Source: the human T2T-CHM13v2.0 reference genome, Homo sapiens
Direction: 5' to 3' (one strand)
NCBI RefSeq assembly: GCF_009914755.1
Contig: NC_060925.1
DNA length: 64,000 bases
Positions 33,817 to 53,407 of the stretch are shown in pieces. Position 1 is the first letter of the stretch; the number at the start of each line of letters is the position of its first letter. The position numbers and the translations under genes are program-made. The notes below the pieces were generated by a model. The model saw only the letters and a program-made list of their open reading frames with translations. It ran no database searches and was not told the DNA's origin.

Positions 33817-36518
33817 TCACTTGAACCCCGGAGGCGGAAACTGCAGTGAGCTGAGATTTGCACCACTGCACTCCAGCCTGGGCCAGACAGACTGAGACTC
33901 TATCTCAAAAAAAAAAATAAAAAAATAAAAAAAATTGATACCTGATAATCCCCTTTGAATGCTTGGCAGAATTTATGTAAAACAGGGGAGCAATTTCTAT
34001 TGAGATTCCCACAGGAAAAAATACCCCTATTAAAGAAAAATTACTGATAAAAATGTATAAAACAAGGCAGAATCCATTAGGCACACCATAGATGTCTTCT
34101 TAGCTTGTGTGTTTCACACAGCAAGGGCACATGCAGGATGATGATAACAGAGCCCTTGCAGTGTATATATGTTGTGGTGGCCCCAGAAACCATTTACCAC
34201 CAGCAAGAACCAGCAGGCATTGCAACAGGGGGATTAGAACCCAAGAACTTCATAATATTGCTGCAACAATAATATCAAAGAGAACTCAAAACAGACATGG
34301 AAAAATAATTGAAGACTTGACATAAATACTTAAAATCCTAAGAAAATAATATGACATTATGAAAAAAAAAGAACAGGCAGATTTGAAATTTTTGAAAAAG
34401 ATAAAATATGTTGTCAAGATTGCACCACAGAGAACTAAAGAGAGAAAATATGACAGAAAAGAAGGTGCTTGGGGGATGATTGACATGCTCTTTTAAGATG
34501 TGGCTCTTCAGCAGTTTTTTTGATAGAAAGAGGCTATTACAGGGCAAGAAGTTCTTTAGCTTTCTCCATTTTCTGAGCTGATAAAGAAAATTACACAAAG
34601 AAAAATCTTAAGGAATCTGAACTTTAGATATTATATATCAAGATAAAACCTCAAGAAAGGGTATTTTATTAGAGAATTAGAATTAATAGCAAGATGACAA
34701 ACTGCAGAATATAATTGTTATGAAGGCAGATATGGTTGGAACAGACAGAACTGTTTAGGCATCTGATAAACTCCAAGTGGAAGAAGTTTTTAAACATCTT
34801 TATGGAAAAATTGGAGAAATAAGAATTAAATGGTGATACTTAATGCTTGAGTTTCATGGAAAAAGAGAGCCTAGATTGTATCTGGGGTGAATGTATTTCT
34901 TTAAGTCTTTCTAAAAGTATTTATTTATATTAAGCAAAGTCGTTGTGGGGAAAGTTACATTCATATTTAAACTTCATTGTTAGATCATACTTCGGATTAT
35001 TTCAATCACATCTGGAGTAAGTTTACAACTGGGGGCTGTGGCCAAATGCAGGGATCCAATATTTACTTGGTAATATCATCTGCAATCAAAAAGCAGAATG
35101 CCAAGAAGGAAATCATCAGTCTCTTCAGAGCTGACTTATACTTCCAATTAATACAGTACAGCAAGTATCTCATCAAAATTTCCTTTCAAATATAATATGA
35201 ACTACTGGTGAATGGACAAAAGCAGGAAGCACTGAAGACTAGAGAGAGGAGAATGCCTTCAGCAAGAGACAATGTGTTTACAAAAACAGGCCTGGACTGC
35301 TTTAGAAAGTCATCACCAATGGCCTTCAGCCTTTCTTATAATAAAATAAGGAAGGAAGAAATCACTTCAAATTTTAAAAGTAGATTAGTTAGAATTTTAG
35401 CTGCATACTTCTGGGAAAGTGATTTTTCTCTCCTTCTACCCTCTTCCATTAAGTAGGGCATACTGTTCAGAATTCAAAACCTGCTGGCCAAGTTTCTAGG
35501 GTAAACAAGACTTTGTGGCTCTAGAATGAGCCCTGTTTTGAAAGCTGAATGATTTTTTGGGAGAAGAGAGAGGAAGAGGAGTTCTTAAATAAAAGGAATA
35601 TGGACTTTAAAAATAAACAGTGAAGTTTGAAATGCCTGAAGTTTGTTCCTGGCACCAGTATGTCTCCAGGCAACTTTAGGCACATATAATACTGAGCCAA
35701 CTTGGCTGAGCCTAGAACTGGTGGTGGACCTGAAAACAGCTCAGTGTGAAAGCCATCAAGAACTGGGATTTGGGCTGTGTTTACAGAGATTGGTCTTAGA
35801 AGACAATGTAAGCTTTTGGGGAAAGCAGCATAACATAAACTTTTGGGGACAACAAGCTTTTTAGGAACGCTAGGAAACAATGGACACTACTTGAAGGAAA
35901 GACATAGTATGGGGAAAATGCTCCATTGAATAAATTAGATAGAAGAATATAAGGTTAAGTATCAGAAATGAAACAAAACTAAGTAAATGGTTGGCTTTTC
36001 ATTGTTGTTGGCTGATCTTTGTCTGAAATAGAGGATTTTAAACTTTTGTTTTAAATCTACCTTGACAATGTTGAAGAAACCTCTTGACTCAAGATGGGAA
36101 ATAAAAGTTTCACCTTACAGGATAATAAACAGGTTTAGTTTAAGGATCGCCAGAAAGATTGAAAGTTAAAGGGAAAAAGTTGGAAAACAATGATATTTTC
36201 CCAGTTTCCTTATAAAAGAAGCCATTGTTCACTGAGCTAGTAACATTTTTTTCATTAAGAAAATTATATTTTTATAAGGCTAACAGCCCTACTTTTTTGC
36301 TCTTCCCTTTGTGGAGATAAAAAGTGCTTTGACTTGTAGTTGTTTTATGTTTTTTGTTTGTTTGTTTGTTTTTTGAGACAGAGTTTCATTCTTTTGCCCA
36401 GGCTGGATTGAAGTGGCGCCATATCAGCTCACTGCAACCTCTGTCCCCTGGGTTCAAGCGATTCTCCTGCCTTAGCCTCCTGAGTAGCTGGGATTAGAGG
36501 TGTGAGCTACCATGCCTA

Positions 36519-36692
<174 letters not shown>

Positions 36693-36964
36693 TCAGGAGG
36701 CTGAGACAGCAGAATTGTTTGAACTTGGGAGGCGGAGGCTACAGTGAGTTGAGATTATGCCACTTCACCCCAGCCTGGGCAACAGAGTGAGACTTCTAAT
36801 CAAAAAAAAAAAAAAAAAGAAAGAAAAAAAAGAAATATAGTTCTCATGACTGCAGCAAGGTGTGAAAATTGTATTAAAAACTGTATGATTTGATGTAAAA
36901 GAGTTAATGGCAATCTAAATTTTTCTTAGTGGTGCATTTTTTTCTAATCCCTATAAAAATTAGC

Positions 36965-37168
36965 TTATCTCAGGGTTTATCACCCTCAGCACTCTTAACA
37001 TTTTGGGCCAGATATTTCTTTGAAGTCGGGGGCTGTTCTGTGCATTGAAGGATGTTTAGGGCCTCCCCTAACTAGAGCATCCCCTCTAGCTATGAGAACC
37101 AAAAATGTTTCCAGATAATGACAGATGTTCTCTAAAGGGCAAAATCATCTCCGGTTGTGAACCACTGG
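36965..37168. mobile_element. MER20 (hAT-Charlie) DNA transposon
   Basis: ...acattttgggccagata...gggggctgttctgtgcattg...gggcaaaatcatctccggttgtgaaccactg. Confidence 0.75.
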
Positions 37169-37498
37169 TTTATTTTAATAGTGTTAAGATACGCTACTTA
37201 GGATTCACTTTCTAATGACAGTAGCAATAAAGTAAGCTTGTTTAGTTAATATCCTCAACAATAGTGTGCTTGTGACAAAGTAATTGGAGTTGAGATAATG
37301 CATATAAAGAACCTAGACTGTGCCTGGCACCACTCCAGTACTTAAAAATATTAGTGATGATAATGATGGCTCTGAAGGTGATGGAAAGGGGGAAGGAAGG
37401 AGAGGAGGGACAGAGAAGAGGAGGAGAAAGGAAATGAGTGAGAGGATGAGCACAGGCATATATTATACTCTCTTTGCTTGGAAATGTGTAGTCAGCTA

Positions 37499-37919
<421 letters not shown>

Positions 37920-38034
37920 TCAAAATATTGTGTTTTCTTGTTACAATTATCTCTAGGACTTAACTTCCTTACACGCAAGGCATTTTCTGGTACAAATTAA
38001 TATCGACTTGGCTTTAGAAAAATACACACCCATT

Positions 38035-38375
<341 letters not shown>

Positions 38376-38913
38376 TTAGAGAAAGTAGATGTTACATTAC
38401 TTGATTCATTAAGGCATTAAACTTCCTCATATTACATTTATATTTACTTAAGTTCACACTCATTTTGTGTATAGATCCCATAAATGTTTAATGCATGTGA
38501 CGCACTAATAAATGCTAATTGCATGCACTGGTATTAACTTTACTGCAGTGAATACTAGCAAGGGTCTTGGGAGGTAAATGTTCTACACATTTAAGGGGAG
38601 GATACGAGACTCAGAAAGATAAGCAGTTGCCCAGGATAACTCTCAAGTTATTCTGACACGTGAGCACAGGTCTTTCTTCCCTCAGGCTGTGGCCCTTTCT
38701 GCCACCCCACGGCTGCTCTTCATAAACTCATATGCCTACAGCTGAACGTGGGCAAACCATGATGCTCCTGAGAAATGGCAGATGGCTTATTTTCTTCTCC
38801 GCATACCTTTTTTCTCTTTCTTGTCTCTTTTCCTCCATCTCCCTCTTCCATTCCTTAGGCCTGTCAGTAACACCCTGCTGCTCGCTTATGCTGCTGAAGG
38901 GAGCCAGAGTTAA

Positions 38914-39093
<180 letters not shown>

Positions 39094-41583
39094 TAACTGG
39101 GAATACAGGCACCCACAACCACACCTGGCTAAATTTTGTATTTTTAAAGTAGAGACAGGGTTTCACCATGTTGGTCAGGCTGGTCTCGAATTCCTGACCT
39201 CTGGTGATCCACCCGCCTCGGGCTCCCAAAGTGCTGAGATTACAGGTGTGAGCCATCATGCCCAGCCAAATAGTTCTAATAGAGATTTCTTATTGGTTTT
39301 GTACCATTGCAGAGAGCAAGAAGAACCCTCAGGGGTGTCAATAGAAGCCTACTGTAGTGCCCGCCTGATATCAGCCAGTGGGTATATGTGAGTACAGCTA
39401 TACTAGTTTTGTTTGTTTGTTTGTTTAGATGGAGGTCTCACTCTGTTGCCCAAGCTAGAGTGCAGTGGTGTGATCATGACTCACTGCAGCCTTGACCTCC
39501 TGTGCTCAAGTGATCCTCCTGCCTCAGCCTCCTAAGTAGCTGGGACTACAGGCAGGCTTTAGTGTCTGGCTAGTTATTTTTTGTACAGACAGGTGTCACT
39601 AAGTTACCCAGGCTAGTCTTGAACTCCTGACTTCAAGTGATCCTCCTGCCTCAGCTTCTCAGAATTCTGGGATTATAGGAGTGAGCCACCATGCCTGGTC
39701 AGCTATACTAGTTTTAAATTATTGAACTACTTCTTTCTCTTTGGTAGACAGTTGCTTTCCTGAGCCCCTGAGTGCTCCTACCCTGAGCCCTGGGCCCAGT
39801 CCTCCCAACTCCTTGTCGTACAGTACCAATTAAAAAATATTTTGAGTATCACCCTGCTTTGGGCTAGTGCTTTTAATGCTTTTAGCTAATAACTAAGTTC
39901 TATAAAAAACATATTTCATTGAGCTTGCAGGTCACACTAAGGAGGGTAGAATATTAAGAGGACAAATTTGACAATCATAAGGAGTATATGGTTAGTAAAA
40001 ATGGGAAGAAATTTTAGAGAAGTGGGATGAAAATATAGCAGCAATCTCTCTGCACCTTGACGTTGATGATAATCATCAATATTCCTCATCTTTGTTCTAA
40101 CTAGAAAGGTGAGAGAAATGAGAAAGAGGCCTGAAAGGGAAGGAGAGAGGGCCTGGCATGGTATAGATGTACCAGAAATATTTGTAACTGAATAAATAGT
40201 TGAATACATGACTGGATGACAGTAGAAGTGCCACCACAGAATATTTGTTTCTGAGCACTGAATAAGATAGTCAGTCAATGCAACAAGTGTAAAGCACCTG
40301 CTCTGTGTTAGGTTTGGGCTAGGATACAAAGTGGAATCAAACATGGTCTTACCAAAGACTATTAATTAATTTAGAAGAAAAATATAAGGTTGAGAAATGA
40401 GAAATGTATGCAGCAAGGAATTGATGGGCCAGAGGAAGTTCTGGTATTAAAAAGAAAAAGAAGTTAACATGATACTGGTATTAGTAGAAGTAAAACCACC
40501 AAGCTTTATGAGATCCTTCTCCCACTCTACCCAGCCTTACTAAACTGACACTCAGTATGGGCCCCACCTTTTAAGACAATGTTGAGAATGCGTAAATGCT
40601 CCAAGAGAGTAGCCATAAGCAGGGCTGACTTCATGGGCATACAACAAGCGCAGTCCCAGCAGGCCACTCTCAGAAGGGCACTGCACTTGGTGGTTAAAAG
40701 CTGTGTCATCTTGAAATTCTTAATATTTTATCTTTGAATTTGTGTTCTGTGAGTGAAGTCCAATGGGACAGTGGAGCATGCGCGTAAGCAGAGGAGATAC
40801 ATGCGTGCTGGTTTCCCTCATGCCTGCAGATCCATTTGCAAAACATTCAGGATTGCTACCCTGCTTCCATGACACACAAGAAGTGTGTCTACTTGCTTGT
40901 ACTTGCTTTGAGTCTTGCCCACCTCCTATGTATGTGGGTCCACCAGAATTCTGTGCTCATGTCTCACACCTCATATCAGCAGATGCTCATACTGTCATGT
41001 GCTCCACATGTATCAACATGTGCCCAGACCAACACGTCTACAATAGCAGAGGTGCTGATAGCCCCAAGAAGCCATCCTTTCCATTAGAACTGGAACTTGT
41101 TTCCAATGCAGAAAGAAGGTAATGGTATTCAGAGAAATAAGAATGACCTAGGAACCCTATCATATACAGTTTTTTTTTTTTTTTTGAGACAGAGCGTTGC
41201 TCTGTTACCCAGGCTTGAGTGCAGTGGCGTGATCTCGGATCACTGCAACCTCTGCCTTTCAGGTTTAAGGGATTCTCTTGCCTCAGCCTCCTGAGTAGCT
41301 AAGATTACAGGCATGTGCCACCATATTCAGCTAATTTTTGTATTTTTTAGTAGAGACGGGGTTTAGCCATGTTGGCCAGGCTGGTCTCAAACTCCTGGCC
41401 TCAGGTGATCCACCCACCTCGCCCTCCCAAAGTGCTGGGGTTACAGGCATGAGCCACTAAGCCCGGCCTCTATCATATACATTTTTACTTGCATTATTTC
41501 CTGTATGACCCAATCACTTATGTTAAAAATGTTGACATAGAAGGAAAGGGGAAATAGGTCCATCCATAGTTGCCATATTATAA

Positions 41584-41880
<297 letters not shown>

Positions 41881-42254
41881 TGATCTGCCTGCCTTGACCT
41901 TTCAAAGTGCTGGGATTACAGGTGGGAGACACTGCACCCAGCCAGGAATAAGTTCTTTCTTATTCATCAGTGATCCAAAGGTAGAGTGTTGGTAGAATGT
42001 GAACATATCAAGAAATAAAATAAAAAGTTTTATGCAGTATTATCATTGTTCTGATAAGAATGAAACAATTTATATTTATGAGCTCTAAAATGCAAATTGT
42101 GAAATTTTAGTGATTCCACATATAAGATAAAAGCTCTCGTAATTTCTATTTAAAACTGGCATTGCATAAAATAAGATGAATGGTAAAATTCATTCTAATA
42201 ATTAAATTTAAACTTTAAAATTTAGAATACTTCTATTACACTTAAAAAACATTA

Positions 42255-43445
42255 TTTTTAAATGTGGTAAAATACATATAACATAAAATTTACTATCTTA
42301 ACCATTTTTAAGTGTACAGTTTGGTGACATTAAGTACATTCACATTGTTGTGCAATGATCACCACCATCTAACTCCAGAATTTTTTTATCTTGCAAAACT
42401 GAAATTCTGTACCTATTAAATATTAACTCCTCATTCTCCCCTCTCTCCAGCCCCTGCCAACCACCATTCTATTTTGACTACTGAATTTGACTACTCTAGA
42501 TACCTCATAGAAGTGGAATCGTAAAATATTTGTCCTTTTGTGACTGGCGTATTCTACTTTATATAATATCCTCAAAATTCATCCATCTTTTAGAATTGTC
42601 AGAATTCCCTTCCTTTTTAAAGCTGCGTAATATTCCATTGTATGTACATTCCACATTTTGCTATCCATTCATCTGTCAGTGGACACTGGGTTGCTTCTAC
42701 TCCTTGGTTATTGTGAATGGTGCTGCTATGAACATGAGTATAGAAGTATCTGTTCGAGCCTCTGCTTTCAATTATTTTGGGTATATACCCAGAGTGGAAT
42801 TGCAGGATCATATGGTACTTCTATTTTTAGTTTTTTGAGCAACTGTCACACTGTTTTCTCTAAAGTCTATACCAATTTACATTCCCAACAACAGTGCACA
42901 AGGGTTCCAATTTTCCCACATCCTCGCCAACACTTATGTTCTGTTTTTTTTTTATAGTATCCATTCTAATAAGTGTGAGGTGGTTCCCTTCCCTTCCCCT
43001 CCCCCTCCACCTTCCCTCCCCCTCCCCTCCCCCTCCCCTCCCTTTCCTTTCTTTTCCTTTCCTTTCCTTTCCTTTCCTTTCCTTTCCTTTCTTTTTGACA
43101 GTCTTACTCTGTTGCCCAGGCTGGCGTGATCTCGGCTCACTGCAAACTCCACTTCCTGGGTTCAAGCCTCAGCCTCATGAGTAGCCGATTCTCCTGCCTT
43201 GGCCTCATGAGTAGCTGGGACTACAGGGGCGTACCCCTACACCTGGCTAATTTTTGTATTTTTAGTAGAGATGGGTTTTCACCATGTTGGCAAGGCTGGT
43301 CTCCATCTCCTGACCTCAAGTGATCAGCCTGCCTCAGCCTCTCAAAGTGCTGGGATTACAGGCATGAGTCACCATGCCCGGCATGAGGTAGTATTTCATT
43401 GTGATTTTGATTTTGATTTCCCTAATAATTATTGATGTTGACCCT
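42255..43445 (-). mobile_element. L1MB-like 3' end with an inserted Alu (~43093-43382) and pyrimidine repeat (~42985-43095)
   Basis: gtggtaaaatacatataacataaaatttact...ctagatacctcat...cacatcctcgccaacactt. Confidence 0.8.
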
Positions 43446-43527
43446 ATTATGCTTTGTAATTAATAAAAACATTTTTAAAGGAAAATGTCTTATATGTTGG
43501 TACTTTAACATCATTTTTTCCATGCTC

Positions 43528-44958
<1,431 letters not shown>

Positions 44959-47162
44959 TTCTCTGTGCTTTTAAAAATGTGCCCCACATTTTAATTTTGC
45001 GTTGGGTCCTGGAAATTATGTAGCCAGCCTTACATATGGGAAAGAAGGTTAATGAAAAAAATGGACTGGGTAGTAACTTAATAATCTGAGTGTATGATAC
45101 TTGTTTATCACCTGTTTCCCATCTCTATTGACTCAGTGAAAGTCTGAGAGATTTATTTAGAAAGGAAAACTGCCTTAGTGTCTGCAGCTTCCCGTAAAGA
45201 ATCTGATCACTTGTTCCACTTTGGATTACAGCCTCGCCTCTGTCACACATCACCTGTGTAAGTGCCGGGCAAATCATTAAACTTCTCTCTTGAGCCTTGA
45301 TTCCAGAGGGGTTATGGGTCTGGTGGCCAGGTAGGTAGTAGAGGGCAGATCCTGAGATGGGCCAGCATCCTCCTGGAAGTTACTTGCCTTGTTTTGAGGC
45401 TACTGAATAGCTTTCAAGCAAGCAAGAGTGAAGGGGGAAATGGGGTTTTATGTTTCAACAAGGGGGACTGGGCCACTTCTGCAGGTCCAGGGAGTTCTGG
45501 GGAATCTGAGCATTCAAGATCCTCAAGTAGGCTGAGTGCAGTGACTCATGTCTGTAATCTCAGCACTTTGGGAAGCTGAGGCAGAAGGATTGTTTGAGCC
45601 CAGGAGTTTGAGATCAGCCTAAGTAACATAGCAAGACCTCATCTCAATAAAAAACAAAACAATTAGCTGGGCATGGTGGCATGTGCCTGTAGACCTGACT
45701 ACTCAGGAGGCTGAGGCAGGAGGATTGCTTGAACACAGGATGTTGAGGCTGCAGTGAGCTGTGATGGTGCCACTGCATTCCGGCCTAGGCAACAGAGTGA
45801 AATCCTGTCTCAAAAAAAAAAAAAAAAAAAAAGGAAAAGAAAGACCCTTAGGGGCGACTACCCAGATATCCCATCCCAAGTCTCTAGGCCCTGTTCTTTC
45901 CCTAACAAGATCCTGACTTTGGCATAGGAAACTTGCTGAGGCCGAAAATTCATCCTTCTTTGAAATTCTGCCACCTTAAAACTAATTCTGGGCCTGGTCT
46001 TCAACTCTCTCTGCTCTTCAGCTTCAGGAAATAAAGGTCTCTTTAACTACTCTCCATTAGAGAATTAGAGATCTCTGATTCTCATATCTTGCTTTAAATT
46101 CACAATTGATTGCCCTGCATCTGTCACATCTGTCGTTTTCTTTTTTTCCAAGCTAAGAATGGAGTTTAGCAGCAGCCGCTCCATGTCAAAATCCTTAAAA
46201 TGACCGTATCTCCTGTTCCTCTCAAATGCCAGAGATGGCATGACTTTCACATTCCCCTCTACTTGTATCCCTCTCACTTCACCAGAGGTGAACACTTTAG
46301 CAATGAATGGCACTGCTACTGCATGTCAGAGACTACTGATATCAGTACTTACCCCACCTACCACCAGTGATGTGATCCTTATTGCTCTCTCTTCAGTGGG
46401 TGATCTAATTCCAGAATCCCATCCTTAGAACCTGTTTTCTGGGACCAATACTGGTACTAACCCTCTTCAGTTGGGCTCTTTAGAAACAGTTGGCTACAGG
46501 GATTCAGGTACATGTGATTTATTGAAGGAGTGTTCAACTATCTAAGAGACTAAGAGATGCAAGACAATGAAGGGAAAGGGCCAAGCAAAAATGGTCTCAG
46601 GTAAAGTCTAGCCTTGGCCAGATTCAAGGGTGTGTGTGGCATCTGAAGCATATATCACAACATGGAGTTGTCCCACCTTCAGATAAGGGGTTCAGCCTTT
46701 TTGACCCCAATATCAGTCTACCATTGGCTCCAAGGTACCTCCAGGAATGGGACATAATTCAGAGGTGAGGTGGCTCCCATTGGCTGACAGCAGTTCTCCA
46801 GAGAAGGGGGCAAATGTGAGCCATTGGCAGCCAACGTTAACAACATCCACAATAATAGCTGGGGAATGGAATCTGGGCATCAGATGCACTTTCTACCCTC
46901 CTTTCAGGATGGTGACCGGTGTGGCTTACACCGCTAGGATTCCTTGCCCTTTGTTTTTCAATGGGGTTCAAAAATAGGGGAGTCTGGCTGGGTGTGGTGG
47001 CTCATGCCTGTTATCCCAGCACTTTGGGAGGGCGAGGTGGGATCACTTGAGGTCAAGAGTTTGAGACTGGGCTGGCCAGCCAATATGTTGAAACTCCATC
47101 TCTACTAAAAATACAAAAATTAGCCTGGTGTGGTGGCACGTGCCTGTAATTCCAGCTACTCA

Positions 47163-47300
<138 letters not shown>

Positions 47301-48111
47301 CTAGCATCAGGTCACAGGGAATAAAACAACAACTAGGCCAGGGTATTTATTCCCCTGGCATCCTCCCTGTAAGATCACCTTAGGCTGGCTGCATCCCCTG
47401 GCCAAAAGTCAAGGTAGCCCTCTGCATGTGACTTTGTCCTTCCAGGTTTTAGTAACCTCTGCCTTCCCTCAACCCTTCAAGGTGTACTATCCTTTGTAGT
47501 TTCTTTAAGCCCTACTACCTTTATAAATTTACCTTTATTAAATTCTCCTTGAATTATTTTGAGTGTGCTGTGATGTAAAACAGAATGCTACCCTGGCAGC
47601 AACTGATGAGATCAAGGAAGGTAAGCAGTTCAGTTTTCACTGTAAGTGCAATGAGACTTCATCAAAGGGTTTCAAGTAGAAGAATTATCTGTTTTTGAAC
47701 TCTCAATTTTGATTTCTCCCTTAGCTGCCAGTATAATGTAAATTTTCCAGTAATTTTTATCAAGAAAAGAGACAAGGACGTTATGTTTTCTGAACTCTCA
47801 TATTTTTAAGAATATTGTGTTTGTGGTTTTCATTTTTTTTCTTTTTAAAGACAGGGTCTTGCTCTGTCACCCAGGCTGGAATGCAGTGGTGCCATCATGG
47901 CTTACTGCAACCTTGACCTCCAGAGCTCAAATGATTCTCCCACCTCAGCCTCCTGAGTAGCTGGGACTCCAGGCATGCGCCACCATGCTTGGCTACTTTT
48001 TTTAGTTTTTGTAGAGACAGGTTCTCACTGTGTTGCCCAGGCTGGTCTCAAACTCCTGGGCTCAAGTGATCCTCCTGCTTCAGCCTCCTAAAGTATTGGA
48101 ATTACGGGTGA

Positions 48112-48386
<275 letters not shown>

Positions 48387-49518
48387 TAGTAGAGATGGGG
48401 TTTCACCGTGTTAGCCAGGATGGTCTCGATCTCCTGACCTCGTGATCCGTCTGCTTTGGCCTCCCAAAGTGCTGGGATTACAGGCTTGAGTCACCGTGCC
48501 TGGCCTGGTTTTCATTCTTAAGTGACAACTGGTTTGGTATAAAAATTCTTGAGTCACAGCTGTATCCTCTCAAAAATCTACAGATGCTGTTTTAGTATTC
48601 TATAATTCAGTGGCAGAAAAGATGGAGGCAAGCTTAATTTTTGCTTCCTTGTAGGTAACACATTTTTCAGGTCTCAATGCTTATAGAATTTACCCCTTTA
48701 ATCTTACTATTCATATACTCTACTACAAGGTAACTTAATGTGTCTTTTGATAATTTTTTTTTCTCCTGAAGGACTTTATTAAAACTTAAGTTTTCATTAA
48801 AGAATACATCAAAGAATAATGTTTCTGATGATTGCTCTGTTTCACTCTTTTTGGATTTCTTCCACAGGAACACTATGTAATTCTTAGTAGGCCTTTTTTT
48901 TTGGTCTCCTAGATCTAACATCACACTGTCCATTTACAGTTTTGATGTTTTTCCTCTGTGTTCAGTGGCAGCTTCTTGAACCTCTCTTCTGCATCACTGA
49001 TTTTCTTCAATCAATTCTACTCCTCACTGCTTCAGTGAAGGGCTTAATGTTTGTGTTGCAATTTGTTTCCTGGCAAATTATTTTAACTTGCTCCCCTTTT
49101 GGCTGACCTAACTGTATACATAACACATTTAATTGTACTTCTTTTCTTGCCTTTTCTCTCTTTATGACTTTCTGAATTCCAAAAGCATCGGTTTCATCCT
49201 GTTGCAGATGCTGAGGTGCTCAAAATCAATTTAGTTCTTGTGGTACATCATTTTTTTTTTTTGTACACACGCATCTCTTTCTTTTTTTTTTTTCCTTTTT
49301 TTTCTTTATTATTATTACACTTTAAGTTTTAGGGTACATGTGCACAATGTGCAGGTTAGCTACATATGTATACATGTGCCATGCTGGTGCGCTGCACCCA
49401 CTAACTCGTCATCTAGCATTAGATATATCTCCCAATGCTATCCCTCCCCTCTCCCCCAACCCCACAACAGTCCCTTGAGTGTGATGTTCCCTTTCCTGTG
49501 TCCATGTGTTCTCACTGT

Positions 49519-53359
<3,841 letters not shown>

Positions 53360-53407
53360 TTATTTTGCTTGTTAGTTGATGCAGTTTCTTCCTAGTCTTG
53401 ATGGTCT

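Noticed and set aside
35642-35807. 73-aa ORF with a GTAAG donor as another fossil exon
   Set aside because: No pyrimidine tract, no recognisable motif, and not needed for phase continuity; unresolved.
46152-46428. Acceptor-like site and ORF as a fossil exon
   Set aside because: No recognisable motif or convincing donor.
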